A stretch of 64,000 bases of DNA from Chiloscyllium plagiosum (Eukaryota). The DNA lies in assembly GCF_004010195.1 (NCBI RefSeq), contig NC_057735.1, forward strand, positions 17,766,865 through 17,830,864. The letters are read 5' to 3'. The translations under genes and the position numbers were made by a program. Positions within the stretch are counted from its first letter, which is position 1, and every line of letters begins with the position of its first letter. Positions 13,310-27,581 of the stretch are shown here, piece after piece. The notes beneath the pieces are model-generated. The model was not told the origin of the DNA. It did no database searches and saw only the letters and a list, made by a program, of their open reading frames with translations.

Positions 13310-13400
13310 TACCATGAGTGTGCAGTGAGATGTACCATGAGTGTGCAGTGAGATATACCATGAGGGTGGAGCGATATATACCATGAGGGTGCAGTGTACA
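13310..13400. repeat. 23-bp minisatellite, ~4 copies
   Basis: Unit taccatgagtgtgcagtgagat(g/a). Confidence 0.8.
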
Positions 13401-16400
13401 TGTCAGATGCCAAGGTCCTTGGACATGGGGTGCATACAGCTGCTGCCCATGGAGTGGGCCCTAAGGCACTGGGGCCTGCTGCACAAGCTGAAGGAGTAAA
13501 CAGCAAGCTGGAATCACCAGGTACCTGTTCTGACTTTCATATCTGTAATTCTCAGTATCTAGTTTCTGTCAGACAGGTGGTCAAATAAGAGACTGTATAT
13601 TAATGAGGTGAGACTAAGTAATAATGAAGTTTTTTTTATTCATTTCAGATGTGGGCATCACTGACTAGGGCAGCATTCATTGCCCACCTCTAAATGCCCA
13701 GAGGGCAGTTGAGAGTCAACAACATTGCTGTGGGTCTGGAGTCACGTGTAGGCCAAACCAGGTAAGGATGGCAGATTTGCTTTCTTGCAGGACATTAGAG
13801 AACAAGATGGGCTATTCCTGACAATCAACAATGGTTTCATTGTCATCATTAGAATTTTAATTCCAGAATCTTTTTATATTGAATTCGAATTCTGCCATCT
13901 GCTGTGGCAGGATTTGAACCCAGTTCCCCAGAATATTACCAGGGTCTCTGGGTTAATAGGCAAATGATAACATTACCTCCCTTTCATGATGTTACAAGCC
14001 ATATGGGAAAGTGCCTCATATTCCAATGTTAAGGCTCACTACTTCTAAGATCATCACACAAGTTAAAGGTTTAAATAAATTATTCAATATTCCCAGTTTA
14101 ACCATTTGATAAACTCAGGTCAACAAAAAGCATTGATCAGGATTCTGCTATGTAGGACAAAGAAATGAATTCTAATTGCAGACTACCAAAAATATGAATT
14201 ATTACCACATAACCTTCTTAAACCTTTACATACACATGCAGACAGATACAGACAAACAAACTTGGATGTTATCAATGGAAGTGAAAAAAATATTAGGGAA
14301 ACAGTTCAATAGGACCTTTCCAAAGCACTCAATGAGATCCCTTTTGCTTCTCCTAATTTTCCATATTTCCATATCCTTTCAGTTCTGTGCTGAAGACACA
14401 GGTCAGTTGATATGTTCATTACTTAGTTTTTCAGTCACTGGTTAGAGGTTTACAGCAAATGGTAGAGAGAATAGCTAGCTGCCTTTCAGTTTTCAGTTAT
14501 TTCACTGTAGAGAGAGAGAGAGAGAGAGACTCTTGAAATCTTTGCAGTCTGGAGGTTTCTGTACAGTTACTTTGCACACATACTGTATACCTGCCTAGGA
14601 ACCAAACTGAAGACTGTTGTCATGCTGACAACTCCCGGAGTCCACAACTTGTCCTAAATGCACAAACCAATTGGCAATCTATCTCGAGGAAAAGCTTGCT
14701 CTGCACAAACATCCACAGTGACATGACATCTTAATGATCTGCCCCCACTGCTTGAACAATGCAATAAGTTAGCTCAATTAACTGGGCAGCTTGCTAACAA
14801 TGCCAACATTATGTGTTCAATTTCCACACTGGCTGAAGCTACTATGAATGACTCTCCTTCTCAATGTTTCCCTTTGTGTTAGGTGTGGTCACCCTCAGGT
14901 TAAACACCACCAGTCCTCTCTCTCTAATGAGAGAGCAGCCTGATAGTCTGGTAAGACTATGGTGCCTTTATTTTTAGTGTAAATACTTTTCACAATGAGT
15001 TCCAGGAACATTTTTTTGAGAAGTGCAACAATTACCCGTGCAGTCCTGGGTTTAAAGCAGTCCCTTTCCTATTTCAGTCTATAAACCAAAATAAAGGAAA
15101 ATTGGAAGATGTGGCCTTTTTGCAGTAATAATAAACAATAATCTTTGTTAACAGGTCTCTTACCACTCAACAGCAAGGATCTCATCTCAACGAGTGAAAC
15201 CTAATTAGAAATTGTGATTTGTCAGTCTTGATGTTGGGAAGTGCCTTATTCAACATCTCACATGATTCTCCCAAATTATCATTGTAGCCCACATCATTAA
15301 GAGCTTGGAGAGCATCCACACTGAGTGTTATCTTACTATTCTACAGGTTATGTCCAAAAGAGAAACACCTTTGGTGGACAATATGTCTATAAAATGTTGA
15401 AAATCCAGGCAATACATTCTAAATCTAGATTTGCTGGCCCTTGAATGTATTGGCAGATTAGAATGAACCAGGTTACATTAAGGACATCCTGGTGCATTTT
15501 TAACATTTTGGAGGATTCTGGGTTTAAGCCCCACCTGTTCCAGAAATGTGTGTATCAGGTTGATTAACACTGAGTTCGTGGTCCCCGAGGTTGACCACAA
15601 ATTTACAGGAACACAGTGGAAGCTGCAAAACATACAAAACTGAGGACAGACACTTCCATTAATGGAGTTGGTCTTTCGTGCCAGTCTGAGAATTGGCATG
15701 AGAGCCACAGCACATCTCTTGGGAAGGCCAGCCAAAACATCTGCTCATCAGGCACGTCTGAGGACATTGGTGGGGCTTCTTCTAGAATTAGATCCTTTGG
15801 GTCGGATTAAGGATCCAGGAGTGAGATAAGAGATTTATTTTAAGATGTGGGCAGAGAATGGAGTGGTCTTGGTTAGGCTGGGGATGTCATGATGGGAGGG
15901 GGTGCAAGAGGGTCAGAAGCAAGGATAGAGTTGGTTCCCAGCAGACACAGTCCATGCCCTTAGCCGCTGCAAAACAGAAGATGTTCTTTCTGTTTCCAGG
16001 ACAAATACATTGGGTATCAATGCCTGGGTTAATTAATCACATCACTCGTGGTAAAAGATGCTTAAACGGTTCTTAATTAGTTACTTAAGGGCTTTAGTTG
16101 AAGGCAGAGTGGGAAGGTTGATCAAGCATGATACCATCCCACCAAATTAAGTGTCCTTCCTGCCTCTGACCTTGTGCCATTTCTGGGAATTTGAAATTCT
16201 GCCTCATATCTGTGAACAGGAAAATGCAAGGTTCGAGTCATTAACTATAAGCAACAAGAAACATATTTTCAAGTTTAAAACCACTAATAAACACACTTTA
16301 AGAGAAAAACTTTGTTAAACTATTAAAGTTACAGTTATTAATTAATAATCAACTATTAATAATTTACAGAAATATTCAGTATTATGATGGGACTGAATGT

Positions 16401-17719
16401 TGCCAAAGAACAAGTATTGATCAAGTAAATATTTAGTAATATTGACCACCATCATAAGCTCACTCTGCTTAGATTCATCCTAATGCATTGTCTCTTAATT
16501 GAAAGATACAACATAAGCCCTAAGAACCTGAAATTTTAGGAAAACCAAATCAAGCTGTTTTCTAACAACCATTTTTGCAAAGATTGCATCTTCTTTCTAT
16601 AACATTGAGAGCCTATGCCTTGCTTACCCAACTGATTTCTGATTACTTAACCAGTTGGATATGCATCCAAGTATTGTCCATGCTTTGTACATGAAAGTTA
16701 ATGAAATCAGCAATCATGCTCTCAGTCAGGGAGAAAAGAAATCTGCTCAGCAAATTAAGACCATACGTATTCAGTTTCTTTTTGTGATACTTATACTCCA
16801 TAGGCCCAGAGTTGTTCTCATTGCTATAGTGCAACATCACAAAGACATTCAAAACAAAGATAGTTTAGTTGTTTCTCTATGGACTGATTACAGCAACTGA
16901 TATCTCAAAGTTCTAAGAGAGGACTCACCTTCATATCACTCACAATAGTGGCCAAATAATACAATTTCTCCATCATTATTGAGTGAGTATCTTGAAATTC
17001 TTCATCTAACAGCAGCATGGTAGCAGCATCATTTCACACTACCGTAGTTCATGGAACCAACTAACATCACCAGTCAACTCGAGATGAACTATAAAAATCA
17101 ATCTTGCCAGCAATATTAAATATTCCCTTTAAAGTGTGCCCATATATAGCTGCACAACAACCCAATGAGCACCATATAGACCACTCAAACGTCCACTTTA
17201 AAATATTGTGATTGTGCTGCTGTGCAAGAAGAAAATTATTACATACTGCACTGAACAGGTCATACAACCCAGAACAATTTTGAGGAAACGCAAACACATA
17301 TCCTTGGACTAATGTTATTGGTTGATGTGTTTCAGAAAACATTATTGAAGAAACCGAGAACTTAAGTTAAAATCTTATTAGATTTAGCTAAACTTTTGCA
17401 TGACTAATGCATCAAGTTTTTAACACTATCCCACTCTGTAGTAACCATAACACAGTAAGGAATAGGAGCCCAATCAGCCTATCAAATTGCTTTGTCATTC
17501 GACCATTACTGATGTTTTTCTATAACACTCTCCTGCCTACTCCCCATTCCTAGAACCTATCTACCTCTGTCTTAAATACAGTGAGTAAATTGACCTCCGC
17601 AACCTTCTGTGAGAATGAGTTACACAGATTCTCCAACCTCTCCAGATTAAAGACTGTTGACTTTGATGGTTTTCCTAATTATTGAGGTTTAAACTTGAGG
17701 ATGTTTTGTCTCTTGGATT

Positions 17720-18370
17720 ATCTTCCTGCTCCTCCACCCTTGAGCCCCACCCCTCCAATCGCCACCAGGACAGAACCTCACTAGTCCTCACTTATCACCC
17801 CACCAACCTCCATATACATCCTGCACCTCCACACACATCATTTACTGCATCCGCTGCACCCGATGTGGCCTCCTCTATATTGGGGAGACAGGCCACCTAC
17901 TTGCGGAACGTTTCGGAGAATACCTCTGGGATACCCGGACCAACCAACCCAACCACCCCGTGGCTCAACACTTCAACTCCCCCTCCCACTCCACCAAGGA
18001 CATGCAGGACCTTGGACTCCTCCAGCGCCAGACCATAGCAACACGACGGCTGGAGGAAGAGTGCCTCATCTTCCGCCTAAGACCCCTCCAACCACAAGGG
18101 ATGAACTCAGATTTCTCCAGTTTCCTCATTTCCCCTCCCCCCACCTTGTCTCAGTCCCAACCCTCGAACTCAGTACCACCTTCCTAAACTGTAATCTTCT
18201 TCCTGACCTCTCTGCCCCCACCTCCACTCCGGCGTATCACCCTCACCTTAACCTCCTTCCACCTTTTATCTTAGCCTGCTGGGCACACTTTCCTCATTCC
18301 TGAACAAGGGCTCATGCCTGAAACGTCGATTCTCCTGCTCCTTGGATGCTGCCTGACCTGCTGCACTTAT
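17720..18370 (+). mobile_element. Penelope-like element remnant (GIY-YIG region + pLTR)
   Basis: YIGETG...ERF GIY-YIG-like stretch; pLTR with hammerhead-like core at ~18300-18327. Confidence 0.75.
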
Positions 18371-19952
18371 CTGTAATTTAAACAACAATTCTGTTTCTTA
18401 TGAGTTTGACTTTAAAATTCCACAGTTGCAGTATTTCACTAATCTGTACAGATTATTAAAGAAATTATCCATTTATTCCACTAGATGTTCAATTCTTGTC
18501 TTTAATTTTGCTCTTTCAAGAAACTTACTTGTTTTGAGGATCAAGTGATTGTCCTAGGCTTTCCAAATTTCATCACAAGTATTTGTTGCTTCCTTTATGT
18601 CTTGATGAATTATAGTGACATTGGATATACTCCCAATTTTATTTTGAAGTGGATTTATTTGTTCAGCTTCCTGTTTACTATTTAGTCTGGAAACTCTGAA
18701 GTGCAGCATTGAAGTGCAGAAATGCATTGTAAGTGGTCCGGAGATGTGCCACGAGCATGCAGTGGGGCTGGTACAATTCAGATGCCAACATCCATGGCTG
18801 GTAGTGTACAGGTGGCTTCTGCCCATGCAGCAAGCATGAGTTGTTTGTGACTGCAGTCCAAGATGGAAGGTCAGAGGATTGAGTGGTGAACTGGAGTTGC
18901 CAGGAACCCACTCTGACTCTCATGTTGGGAATTGTCACTCTCCAGGTTCTATTCAGCTGGAATGGGGATATATGAGAAAGTGCCCATCATCAAGGCATCA
19001 TTCAGTAATAACAGCACCCTAACGCATCTGAATATATGTAAATAGGCTTCTCTTCACTTACTAGCGGAATTCTTGTATTGCTATTCAAAACTTGTTTGGA
19101 GAAATGGATCCTTCTTCTCAATTTCAAGAACCCAATTTCTGTGATCTCACCCTACTTTTTTCAGCTGTTTCACCAATGCCCACATTGTTCAGAGGCTGAG
19201 AACATATTTAAAATTGCTTTATGACCCTTGATTTCCCTTATTGTAACTGTGCCTTCTGGTGGGTACTTGCTATGATGGTGATGCTCAAGCTGAACTGTCA
19301 GCATTTTGCTTACTTCTCGCTTTCCCTGTCTGGAAGCTATTTTTAAAACAATTGTCCTCTTGCCCATGAGGGATTTCAGCTTTACACAGAGAACCTCCTA
19401 TGTCCATTCAGAGATGCAGCTGAGCCCCGGCTTGGGACTACTTCTGCAGGTCACCAGCACCCAATGCCGGTTGTAACTGCCTCTGATTCCAGGCTCCTCC
19501 CGACAATCTCCTGCTGTTGTATCTCTCTCACCAGGTTTGAAATACTTTGACCATTGACTGTACATTCTATATCTTGCCACAAGGTTTTCTTCTGTAAGAT
19601 TTATAAAGTTTCAGCCTTTCCAGCAGCAGACTGCCTGCAGCCCTCTTAAAGCTGTGTCTGAAAAAGTCTTCAGTCCTCTACCATTGCCAGTGTATAAGAA
19701 GCAGCTAAATGGAATCCTCACCATGCTATAAGATGTGTTGCCATCATTGCTGATCATGTTGTATGACCTACCTGGTACTGCCACAATCCTCTTTCTTGAT
19801 AGGGATCTATTAGACCTGCTTGGTGTGGTGTGGTCGAGGAAAGCCACTTGGTAATATAATGAGAAAAGGCTTTTGGCTTGCACAAGATATAGCTTATTGT
19901 TTTATTGCAACAAACAACAAATTCCATTGATATGATAGACATTGTCACAGAA

Positions 19953-20825
19953 TTTCGGGTGTAGGTTTGCTCACTGAGCTGTAGGTTTGATATTCAGACA
20001 TTTCATTACCTGGCTAGGTAACATCATCAGTGACGACCTCCAAGTGAAGCGAAGCTGTTGTCTCCTGCTTTCTATTTATATCTTTCTCCTGGATGGGGTT
20101 CCTGAAGTTTGTGGTGATGTCATTTCCTGTTTGTTTTCTGAGGGGTTGATAGATGGCATCTAGATCTATGTGTTTGTTTATGGCGTTGTGGTTGGAGTGC
20201 CAGAACACTGTATCAGAACACTATTCCAACGAGCCACCACACACTGCAGCATAGACGAACTTCGGAAAACAGAAGAGAACCACCTATACAACGTATTCAA
20301 GAAGGATACTCAAATAATACAGTGAGTAGATTCCTCAAGAACAAACCACGACAAGCAGACCAAACACAGCCTGAAACCCTAACCACCTTACCATGCATCA
20401 AAGAAGTTTCAGAAATGACAGCCACACTACTAAGACCCCTCAAAATCCTAGTAGCACACAAACCCACCAACACACTCAAACAAAAACTAACAAACTTAAA
20501 AGACCCAGTACAACCCATGGAAAAAACACAATGTCATCTACAAACTTCCATGCAAGGACTGCCACAAACACTACGTAGGACTAACAGGAAGAAAGTTAGC
20601 CACCAGGATACACGAACACCAGCTAGCCACAAAAAGACACGACCCTCTAGGAGAAAGATATAAATAGAAAGCAGGAGACAACAGCTTCGCTTCACTTGGA
20701 GGTTACCACTGATGATGTTACCTAGCCAGGTAATGAAACGTCTGGATATCAAACCTACAGCTCAGTGAGCAAACCTACACCCTAAACCTCAACCTGAGCT
20801 ACAAACCTTCACAAACCTTGCAAAA
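19953..20825 (+). mobile_element. Penelope-like element (RT tail + GIY-YIG) with inverted pLTR
   Basis: VIYKLPCKDCHKHYVG..GRKLATRIHEH; ~19957-20090 inverted to ~20649-20782; 12-bp TSD attgtcacagaa at 19941-19952 and 20826-20837. Confidence 0.88.
20706..20745 (+). ncRNA. Minimal type I hammerhead ribozyme motif in Penelope pLTR
   Basis: CCA-CTGATGA-tg-TTACCT(agcc)AGGTAA-t-GAAAC-GTC-TGG: both core boxes, stem II hairpin, CCA/TGG stem I. Confidence 0.7.
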
Positions 20826-21133
20826 ATTGTCACAGAAGTTCTGAGGAGGATCTGGAAAGTAGGTTGCCTCCTTCAAGATTCAAAATTGTTCTCCCACCAA
20901 GTCCATTGTGAATGCTACTTAGGGCTCTCTTCTGCATTAACCCTTTTAGGCCCATGCATCTTTACCCAATAATTATCACAAAGGATGGCACTTTTGGCAC
21001 TCAATCATATTAACCCTTTCAGACCCATAAATATTGAGTTCTCCTCTGTGCTACACACCATCTTGATGTGGAAACATATTAGTTATCACTGGAACAAATT
21101 CCTGAATTATCCAACAGCACTGTAGATGTATCT

Positions 21134-21765
21134 TGTTATTGATCAGACCAAATCTCCTTCAAATGTGTCAAGGTGATAGCCTAGACCATAACTTTTAACT
21201 GCTTTAAAGGCAAGTGTAAGATGCTGTGTTTCAGATGTAACTCAACTGGTTACACTACTCGGTTTTAAGCAAAACACACTTTATTCTTTCTCTACAGTTA
21301 AAATACAAACAAAAGAAAAGAACTGGTCTAACTTTAACTCTGTTGGAAAACTTAACAGAATAATAAGTTATTTAACTAGTAAACAGCAACTATTCCAAGA
21401 TAGTAATGTCCCATAATGTCCCTTGGCAATGACAAATTCAGTAAAATAGATTGTCTCATATGCAATTCTCCAGTCCAGAAAGAAAGAACATCAAGAGAAA
21501 ATCCTGCAAAATCAAACAAGAACTCCAATTTTTTTGCTGTAACTGAGAGAAATGTATGGCAGCTTCAAAACCCCAACTACTAAAACCCAGGATCAATGGG
21601 AACTTCTACCAATCATGGGACTTCTATTGTTCTACAATTTTAAAAAAAGGTCTCATTCGTTGTTTACCTTATTGGCTTGGAACAGACTGCTCAGACCTCT
21701 GTCTCAACCTCTTTTCATTAAAAAAAAGAACAAAGTACGTTTCTTAAAGCCATAGGATCATCACA
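21134..21765. mobile_element. Probable solo LTR
   Basis: TG...CA termini flanked by near-TSD atct/acct. Confidence 0.45.
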
Positions 21766-22347
21766 ACCTACTCCACACAGAATATAATAGTTGAAGAAGG
21801 TGGTCATCTTCACTTTCTGAAGGGTAATTAAGGATGGCTGGTAAGCATTGGCCTTGTTTGTGACACTTTGCATTCTCTTATTAAATTCACATTAGTGACA
21901 CCATTAAAATCACAATAAATCTATTTTTCTTTAAAAATTAAGTATTCATTGATTTGCAGAATTAAAACAGACTTCAGGAGTGTGAGGTTATATTGTACCT
22001 GAGCCCTTATCATTCACAGGGCATGGACAAGTTAAGTATTATCAGCTTAGCTGGCTGGATGACTTGCTTGTAATGCAAAACGAAACCAGTGGTTTGGGTT
22101 CAATTCAAACTCTGGCTGAGGTTATCACAAAGGTTCAACTTTGCCCCTCAACTAATGTGTGCTGACCGTCAGGTTAAGGCACTGCCAGTTATCTCTGTCT
22201 AATAGGAGACTATGACTATGGTGACTTTACCTTCACCTACTCCTAACTCACACAAGCAAAACAGGGAATGGGTTGTCAATGTCGGTAATCTTGGAGTGGC
22301 TTTTACCAGAATTAGATTTTAAGGCAAATTGACTTAAAAAAAACACT

Positions 22348-22361
22348 GGTTAATTATTAAC
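22348..22361 (+). promoter_or_regulatory. Consensus HNF1 site in gene B promoter
   Basis: GGTTAATTATTAAC, exact consensus match, ~110 bp upstream of the ATG. Confidence 0.65.
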
Positions 22362-22469
22362 TAGATATTTACAATAAGTAAAAACCATGAGCTGTACTGC
22401 AAATAATGAAACAACATTCATAATTGCACAAAATCTTCTTGTTTCTCAGACTTAAGGAGGTATTTTGAA

Positions 22470-22542
22470 ATGAACATGAATATTATTTTGAAGTATGAGA
22501 CAATCTTTTTGTTTCTCTTTTGGTCCTCTCAAGTGAACTGCA
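22470..22542 (+). CDS. Gla gene B exon 1, signal peptide MNMNIILKYETIFLFLFWSSQVNC
   Basis: Aligns with gene A/C signal peptides (ILK...LF..Q); phase-1 GTAAGT donor at 22543. Confidence 0.75.
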
Positions 22543-23699
22543 GTAAGTAATTGTAATCATAACTCAAAATATAATGAGGCGATCTCTTAAACGCGGGACT
22601 TCTTTTACAAATCTCGCTAGTAATTGATTAATTAAAAGTAGTGCTGATATTAATTTTTGGTGTTGCTGATATGGCATATGACAAATATAACTATAACGTT
22701 CAGTTAACTTATGCAGTTCTAAAATGACTGTGCAGTAAGCAGGTCTAAAGCTGAAGGAAAATTATACTTCACATTTCACACAGACAGTCAATGTAGTTAG
22801 GTGACTAACATGGGACGATCGTATGAGAAAGAAAATAGTAAAGAGGAAAGTAATTCGTGAAAATAAGGTTTCCAGTCATTCTGATGCTCCATTTTGAACT
22901 ATACAAGATGTGACATTCACACGTTTTCCATTTTCTTTACCTAATTGGAGAAGTAATCTCATATCACTCTCAGTTATACCGGTTCTGGTTATATAGAGAC
23001 AAAATAGTGTTTAAAAAGTTCCTAGGTCATGCAAATAATTTAATAATATCATAAATAAAGCTACTCTCCCTGATGATGTTTATTTAGAAAAGGTATTCAG
23101 CTCTATTTTTCATTATCAGTGAATGAGGAGGAATGACTTTATAATTTGGGCCTCACACCTCTCTATCTGATTGGTACTAGACACAAACTAGTATACCTCT
23201 GGGACAATACCCCAAAAGACTTGGCCATCTGCCCTGCATTTTCAGAAAAACTGAGTATCAAATGAATTGTTTAGATACTTACTGAAGACTCATTTTGCTC
23301 AACGGCACCTAAATAAGATTTCAAGTGACAATACTTATGCTGAAATCATAATCTGTGTCCAGGAGCATCTGGGAACTGATTGCTTTTGATGGTTCTCAGG
23401 TTTTCTGAAGTCAGAAGTGGCAACTTGTTATCTGGTGACAGCTTTGCCGTAAGTGACAGCAGTAAATGCACATTTAAATTTAGTCATGGTACAGCAGGAT
23501 TAAGTTCTCTGTTAACATTATTTTCACTGGGACTTGTTTCATACTGGCCGTTAGAGAACCTAGGGATATGGAGATAGAGCAAAATAATGGAATTGAGGAA
23601 AAATGAAGTGAACCATCATGCTAATTTGTTGTCAGTCAGGCCTGTATTCTTGTTCCTATTTCATATAATCTTATGAAGGCCTAACCATGTTAGTTACAG

Positions 23700-25140
23700 A
23701 ACATTATCGGAACAATCCTGAGTCATGTGGCACCTGTGTTCAGTGGGCAATTATTTCTCAAAGAGGTAGAGATTACTTAAGGATAGTCAGTATGGCTGTG
23801 TTGGGTGAGATCATGTATAACAAATTTGATTGAATTTTTTGAGGAGTTTACTAGGTGTATAGATGAGGATAGTGCAGTTGACGTAGTCTATGTTGATGTT
23901 AGTAAGGCTTTTCACAAGGTTTCACATTGGTAGACTGGTTAAGAAGCTAAGAACCCATGGAATCCAGGGCAATTTGGCAAATTTGATCCAAAATTGGCTT
24001 AAGGTGATGGTTAATGAATAGTTTTGTTACTGGAAGCCTGTGTCCAGTGGTGTACCACAGGATTCATTGCCTAGGCCCTTGCTGTTTGCTATGTGCATTA
24101 GTAATATAGACCTGAATGTAGGAGTTATTATCAGTAATTTTTGCAGAGAATTGTTAGTGTGGTAAATAGTGAGAAGGAAAGCCTTAGACGAAAGATATCA
24201 TCGATGGGCTGAACAGTGACAATTAGGACTAATGCTGAAAAGTGTGAGATGATGCATTTTGGAAGGATGAACAAGGAAAGTGAATAAACGTTGAATGGTA
24301 GGACCTTAGGAAATACAGAGGATTGGCGTGACCTTGATGTGGATGCCCATAGACTTTTGAAGGCAGTAGGTCAGGTAAATAAAGGTCACGTTAAGAAGAC
24401 ATATGGGATATTTGCATTTATTAGTCAAGGCATTGATGCAGGAGCAAGGAGGTTATGATGAAGCTGCCTAGAATATTGACTAGGCCACAGCTAAAACACT
24501 GTGTGCAATTGTGGCCGCCTAACCCATAGGATGGATGTGATTGAACAGGCAGAGGTGCAGAGGAGATTCATCAGGATGTTAGAGTGATTCATCTCTGAAG
24601 TGAGATAGGCTGGGACTGTTTTCCTTAGGGGAGAAAGTGAGGACTGCAGATGCTGGAGATCAGAGCTGAAAATGTGTTGCTGGAAAAGCGCAGCAGGTCA
24701 AGCAGCATCCAAGGAACAGGAGAATCGACGTTTCGGGCATAAGCCCTTCTTCAGGAATGTTTTCCTTAGAGCAGACAAGGCTGAGTGGGGAACCTGACTG
24801 AGGTGTACAAGATTATGAGGGATTTTGATAAGGAAGGTAGGGAGAAATCTTTCTCCTTAGCACAAGATTAATGACAAGGAGACACATTTTTAAAAGGGAG
24901 CAGGAGGTTTAGGTGGTTCTGAGGAGAAATCTTTTCAGCCAGAGGTTATCAGAAGCTCACTGCCTGGAAGGGTGATAGAAGCAAGAACCCTCATAACATT
25001 TAAGAACTATTTAGATAAGCACTTGAAACATCATGGCACAGAATGCCTTGGACCAAGTGCTGGAAAATGGGATCAAAATAGATAGACACATGATGACCAT
25101 TGCTGAAGGGCCACTTCCCACTCTGTAAAAACTCTATAAC
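23700..25140 (+). mobile_element. Degenerate CR1 LINE RT
   Basis: [21 protein letters not shown] motifs with stops and frameshifts. Confidence 0.8.
24629..24757 (-). mobile_element. Penelope pLTR-derived short insertion nested in CR1
   Basis: 12-bp TSD tgttttccttag at 24617-24628 and 24758-24769; minus strand reads CTGAAGA-aGGGC ttat GCCC-GAAACGTC. Confidence 0.8.
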
Positions 25141-25233
25141 TCTGCAATTAAATTATTGCTAGAAACAGCAAAAGAAAGACTTTTTTCATGTGTGTTATGT
25201 GGATAAAGGTACTCTTAACCCACTATGATTTAG

Positions 25234-25394
25234 TGTTTTTGCAGAAATCACTTGCCAACACCTTCCTTTCCCGGATCCGGAGGGCTAATGACGGCCTGGA
25301 GGAACTACTACTTGATAATATGGAAAGAGAATGCTGTGAAGAAAAGTGTTTGCCAGAAGAGACTCAAGAGGTTTTGAGAAATTCTCCAAAACCT
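25234..25394 (+). CDS. Gla gene B exon 2, propeptide+Gla (M)FLQKSLANTFLSRIRR/ANDGLEELLLDNMERECCEEKCLPEETQEVLRNSPKP
   Basis: TAG acceptor; RIRR/AN furin site; Glu at 6,7,14,16,19,20,25,26,29; phase-0 GTAAGG donor. Confidence 0.9.
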
Positions 25395-27556
25395 GTAAGG
25401 ATTGCATCTAAAGCAATTCAATCTTAACAGCTGCTCAGCAGTATGAGTGGTCTAAAATGGGATTAGTATTTGACACTTAACACCCATTTCATTGGCAACA
25501 TGTAGAATATTATTGCCCAAACTAGCTGCTCAAAAGCATAATTACAGGTTACTTCCAGTGAAGCCTAGCCTACTTAACATGATTAATAACTGTAACTTTT
25601 GTAATGTAGCTCATCCTAATTCCATATTATAGCATCTAATAGTTCCTCATGACCCTCTTCTTCACTCCCACACCCTCTCATAATTGACACTAACAGAGTG
25701 TTCACCTGATCTGACTCAGGAACCTAGTTACCTGACAGTTGTTGTGCCAATAACAACAACCTGACTTGCCTTTGTATTTGACATACTTCTCAAAATTCAG
25801 GCTGAAATAACTCCACAGATGTTGGTATCTTCATCACCAAGTCACCCTTTATTTAACATGTGGAAAGTCCTTGTCCCTGGCACAGCCTTATCAGAGTCAG
25901 TACCCAGAGTAAGAGAATTCTGACCCTCTTCTTTTCATCTGTCAGCCAGAGCTCCCTGATTGGACAAAATCAATAGTCCCAATCAAGGAACTCATATTCT
26001 ATGAGGTCCAGCTGGCCGGCCTCATTACAATCACTACACAGGCCCAATTAATTTAGAAGATTCAGGACCACGTCCAGGTAGAAAGGGGAAGACAGGTTAT
26101 GATTTGACATTCTCAGAGTGTTCAAATAGACTGCACTCCTAAATTTCAAGACCATAAACAAAGGAAGATGAAGATTCCAGTAAACATGCCAATATTTCTA
26201 TTTATAAAGTCAGAGTCTGAAAGTTACTATTGACAATATTAATAAACAAATGTGTGATATGTTAGCATAAATCCCTTTCTATTGCGTTTCAACCGAGGCA
26301 TCAACCATTTAAAGCAAACTGATTATACTAAATTAAAGAAGTCCGCAGAGAAACTTTAAATGTTAATATACATGTTAATGTCTTATTGTAATATTTGTAG
26401 CTTAGTTACATGACGATTCAGGAACATAAACATAACTGCAATCTTACTGTCATCATATTTATTTATGTTTTAAATGTTTTTAATATATTTCGTAATGGTG
26501 GGCATCTTTAATTGACATTTGCTCCTAATAACCCAGTGCTGGACCACTTATCTCTTACAACAGATCCATATGTGGAGTTGATTCATAAGAGAGGCTTACA
26601 GTATATATGAGGACAATTTTATAAATTCAATGAAATATGTACACCACTCACACTTATTGAGAAATTCTAGAGCAAGAGTTGTTGATGGTGAAACCATTGG
26701 GCTGAATTTTCTCAGTCTCTTAATGATGAGGCAATGATGGGAAGTTTGGGAAATACAACAAAAGTGAAAAGTTGAAATTCTGGATGTTGAGAAAACAGGG
26801 TCCAATTTTTCACTTGAGGTTTCATAGCAAGTTGAGAATCTTGCTCATGAAAAGTGAGGGGCCTATTGAATGCATTAATGAGCATTAACATTTAATTATT
26901 TTCTAATCTCATCTCATTTTTGTGCAAGTTGTTTTTTCCCAGTTGTCAGGGAGAAGTTAGACAGTGCCACTTCCCAATTTAAAGGACCTGGTAGCTGCAG
27001 TTCACAAGCACCTTCACCTTCTTGGCAGCATTCCCTCAGCATGCTCCTTGGGCAGCAACCATCTGAACCTTCTGTCCATGGAAGTCAGCAATCACTTCAT
27101 CACTTCACCATGGCACAGCCTTAACTAATTTACAATATGGTTCAGCGTTTAAATACAGCACTTTGGAGTTCACTGACAAATTTTGCTCCAATGCAGCTGC
27201 CATGTCATTTTGTGCACAGGGAATAGGTTGCGTACTATGGCTAATAAATTGCTTTCTGAAGCAATTGTGCATACTTTATGAGGTGATCAGTGTAAAATTG
27301 AGTGAGAAAAGTTTCTATGCCTCACAAAGAATGACTCTCTGTGAAATGCCCCAAAATTGATACTTAGCCAAATCTAACATTGAAGGGATCTGTACTGTGC
27401 TGTAATGGAAATTCAGCCTATTGTTTTCAAGTATGTGGAATTAATCAGTAGGACTCCAAAATAATACTGCTCATTTGTAACATCCCTCCTATTATTGTTG
27501 AGAAGCATGTGTCTATTTGTGTGCTGCACGAACTAAGCTAAGATTTGTTTTTGCAG

Positions 27557-27581
27557 GAACAAACTTGGATTACGCCCAATG
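27557..27581 (+). CDS. Gla gene B exon 3, degenerate aromatic stack EQTWITPN
   Basis: ttgtttttgcag acceptor; 25 nt as in F7/F9/F10 exon; Trp retained; GTATGT donor. Confidence 0.75.

Noticed and set aside
13310-13400. CRISPR-like repeat array
   Set aside because: Head-to-tail minisatellite with no unique spacers, in vertebrate DNA
23380-23454. GTAAGT donor and short ORF as candidate gene B exon 1
   Set aside because: The phase-1 frame has a stop and no hydrophobic signal; 22470-22542 fits far better
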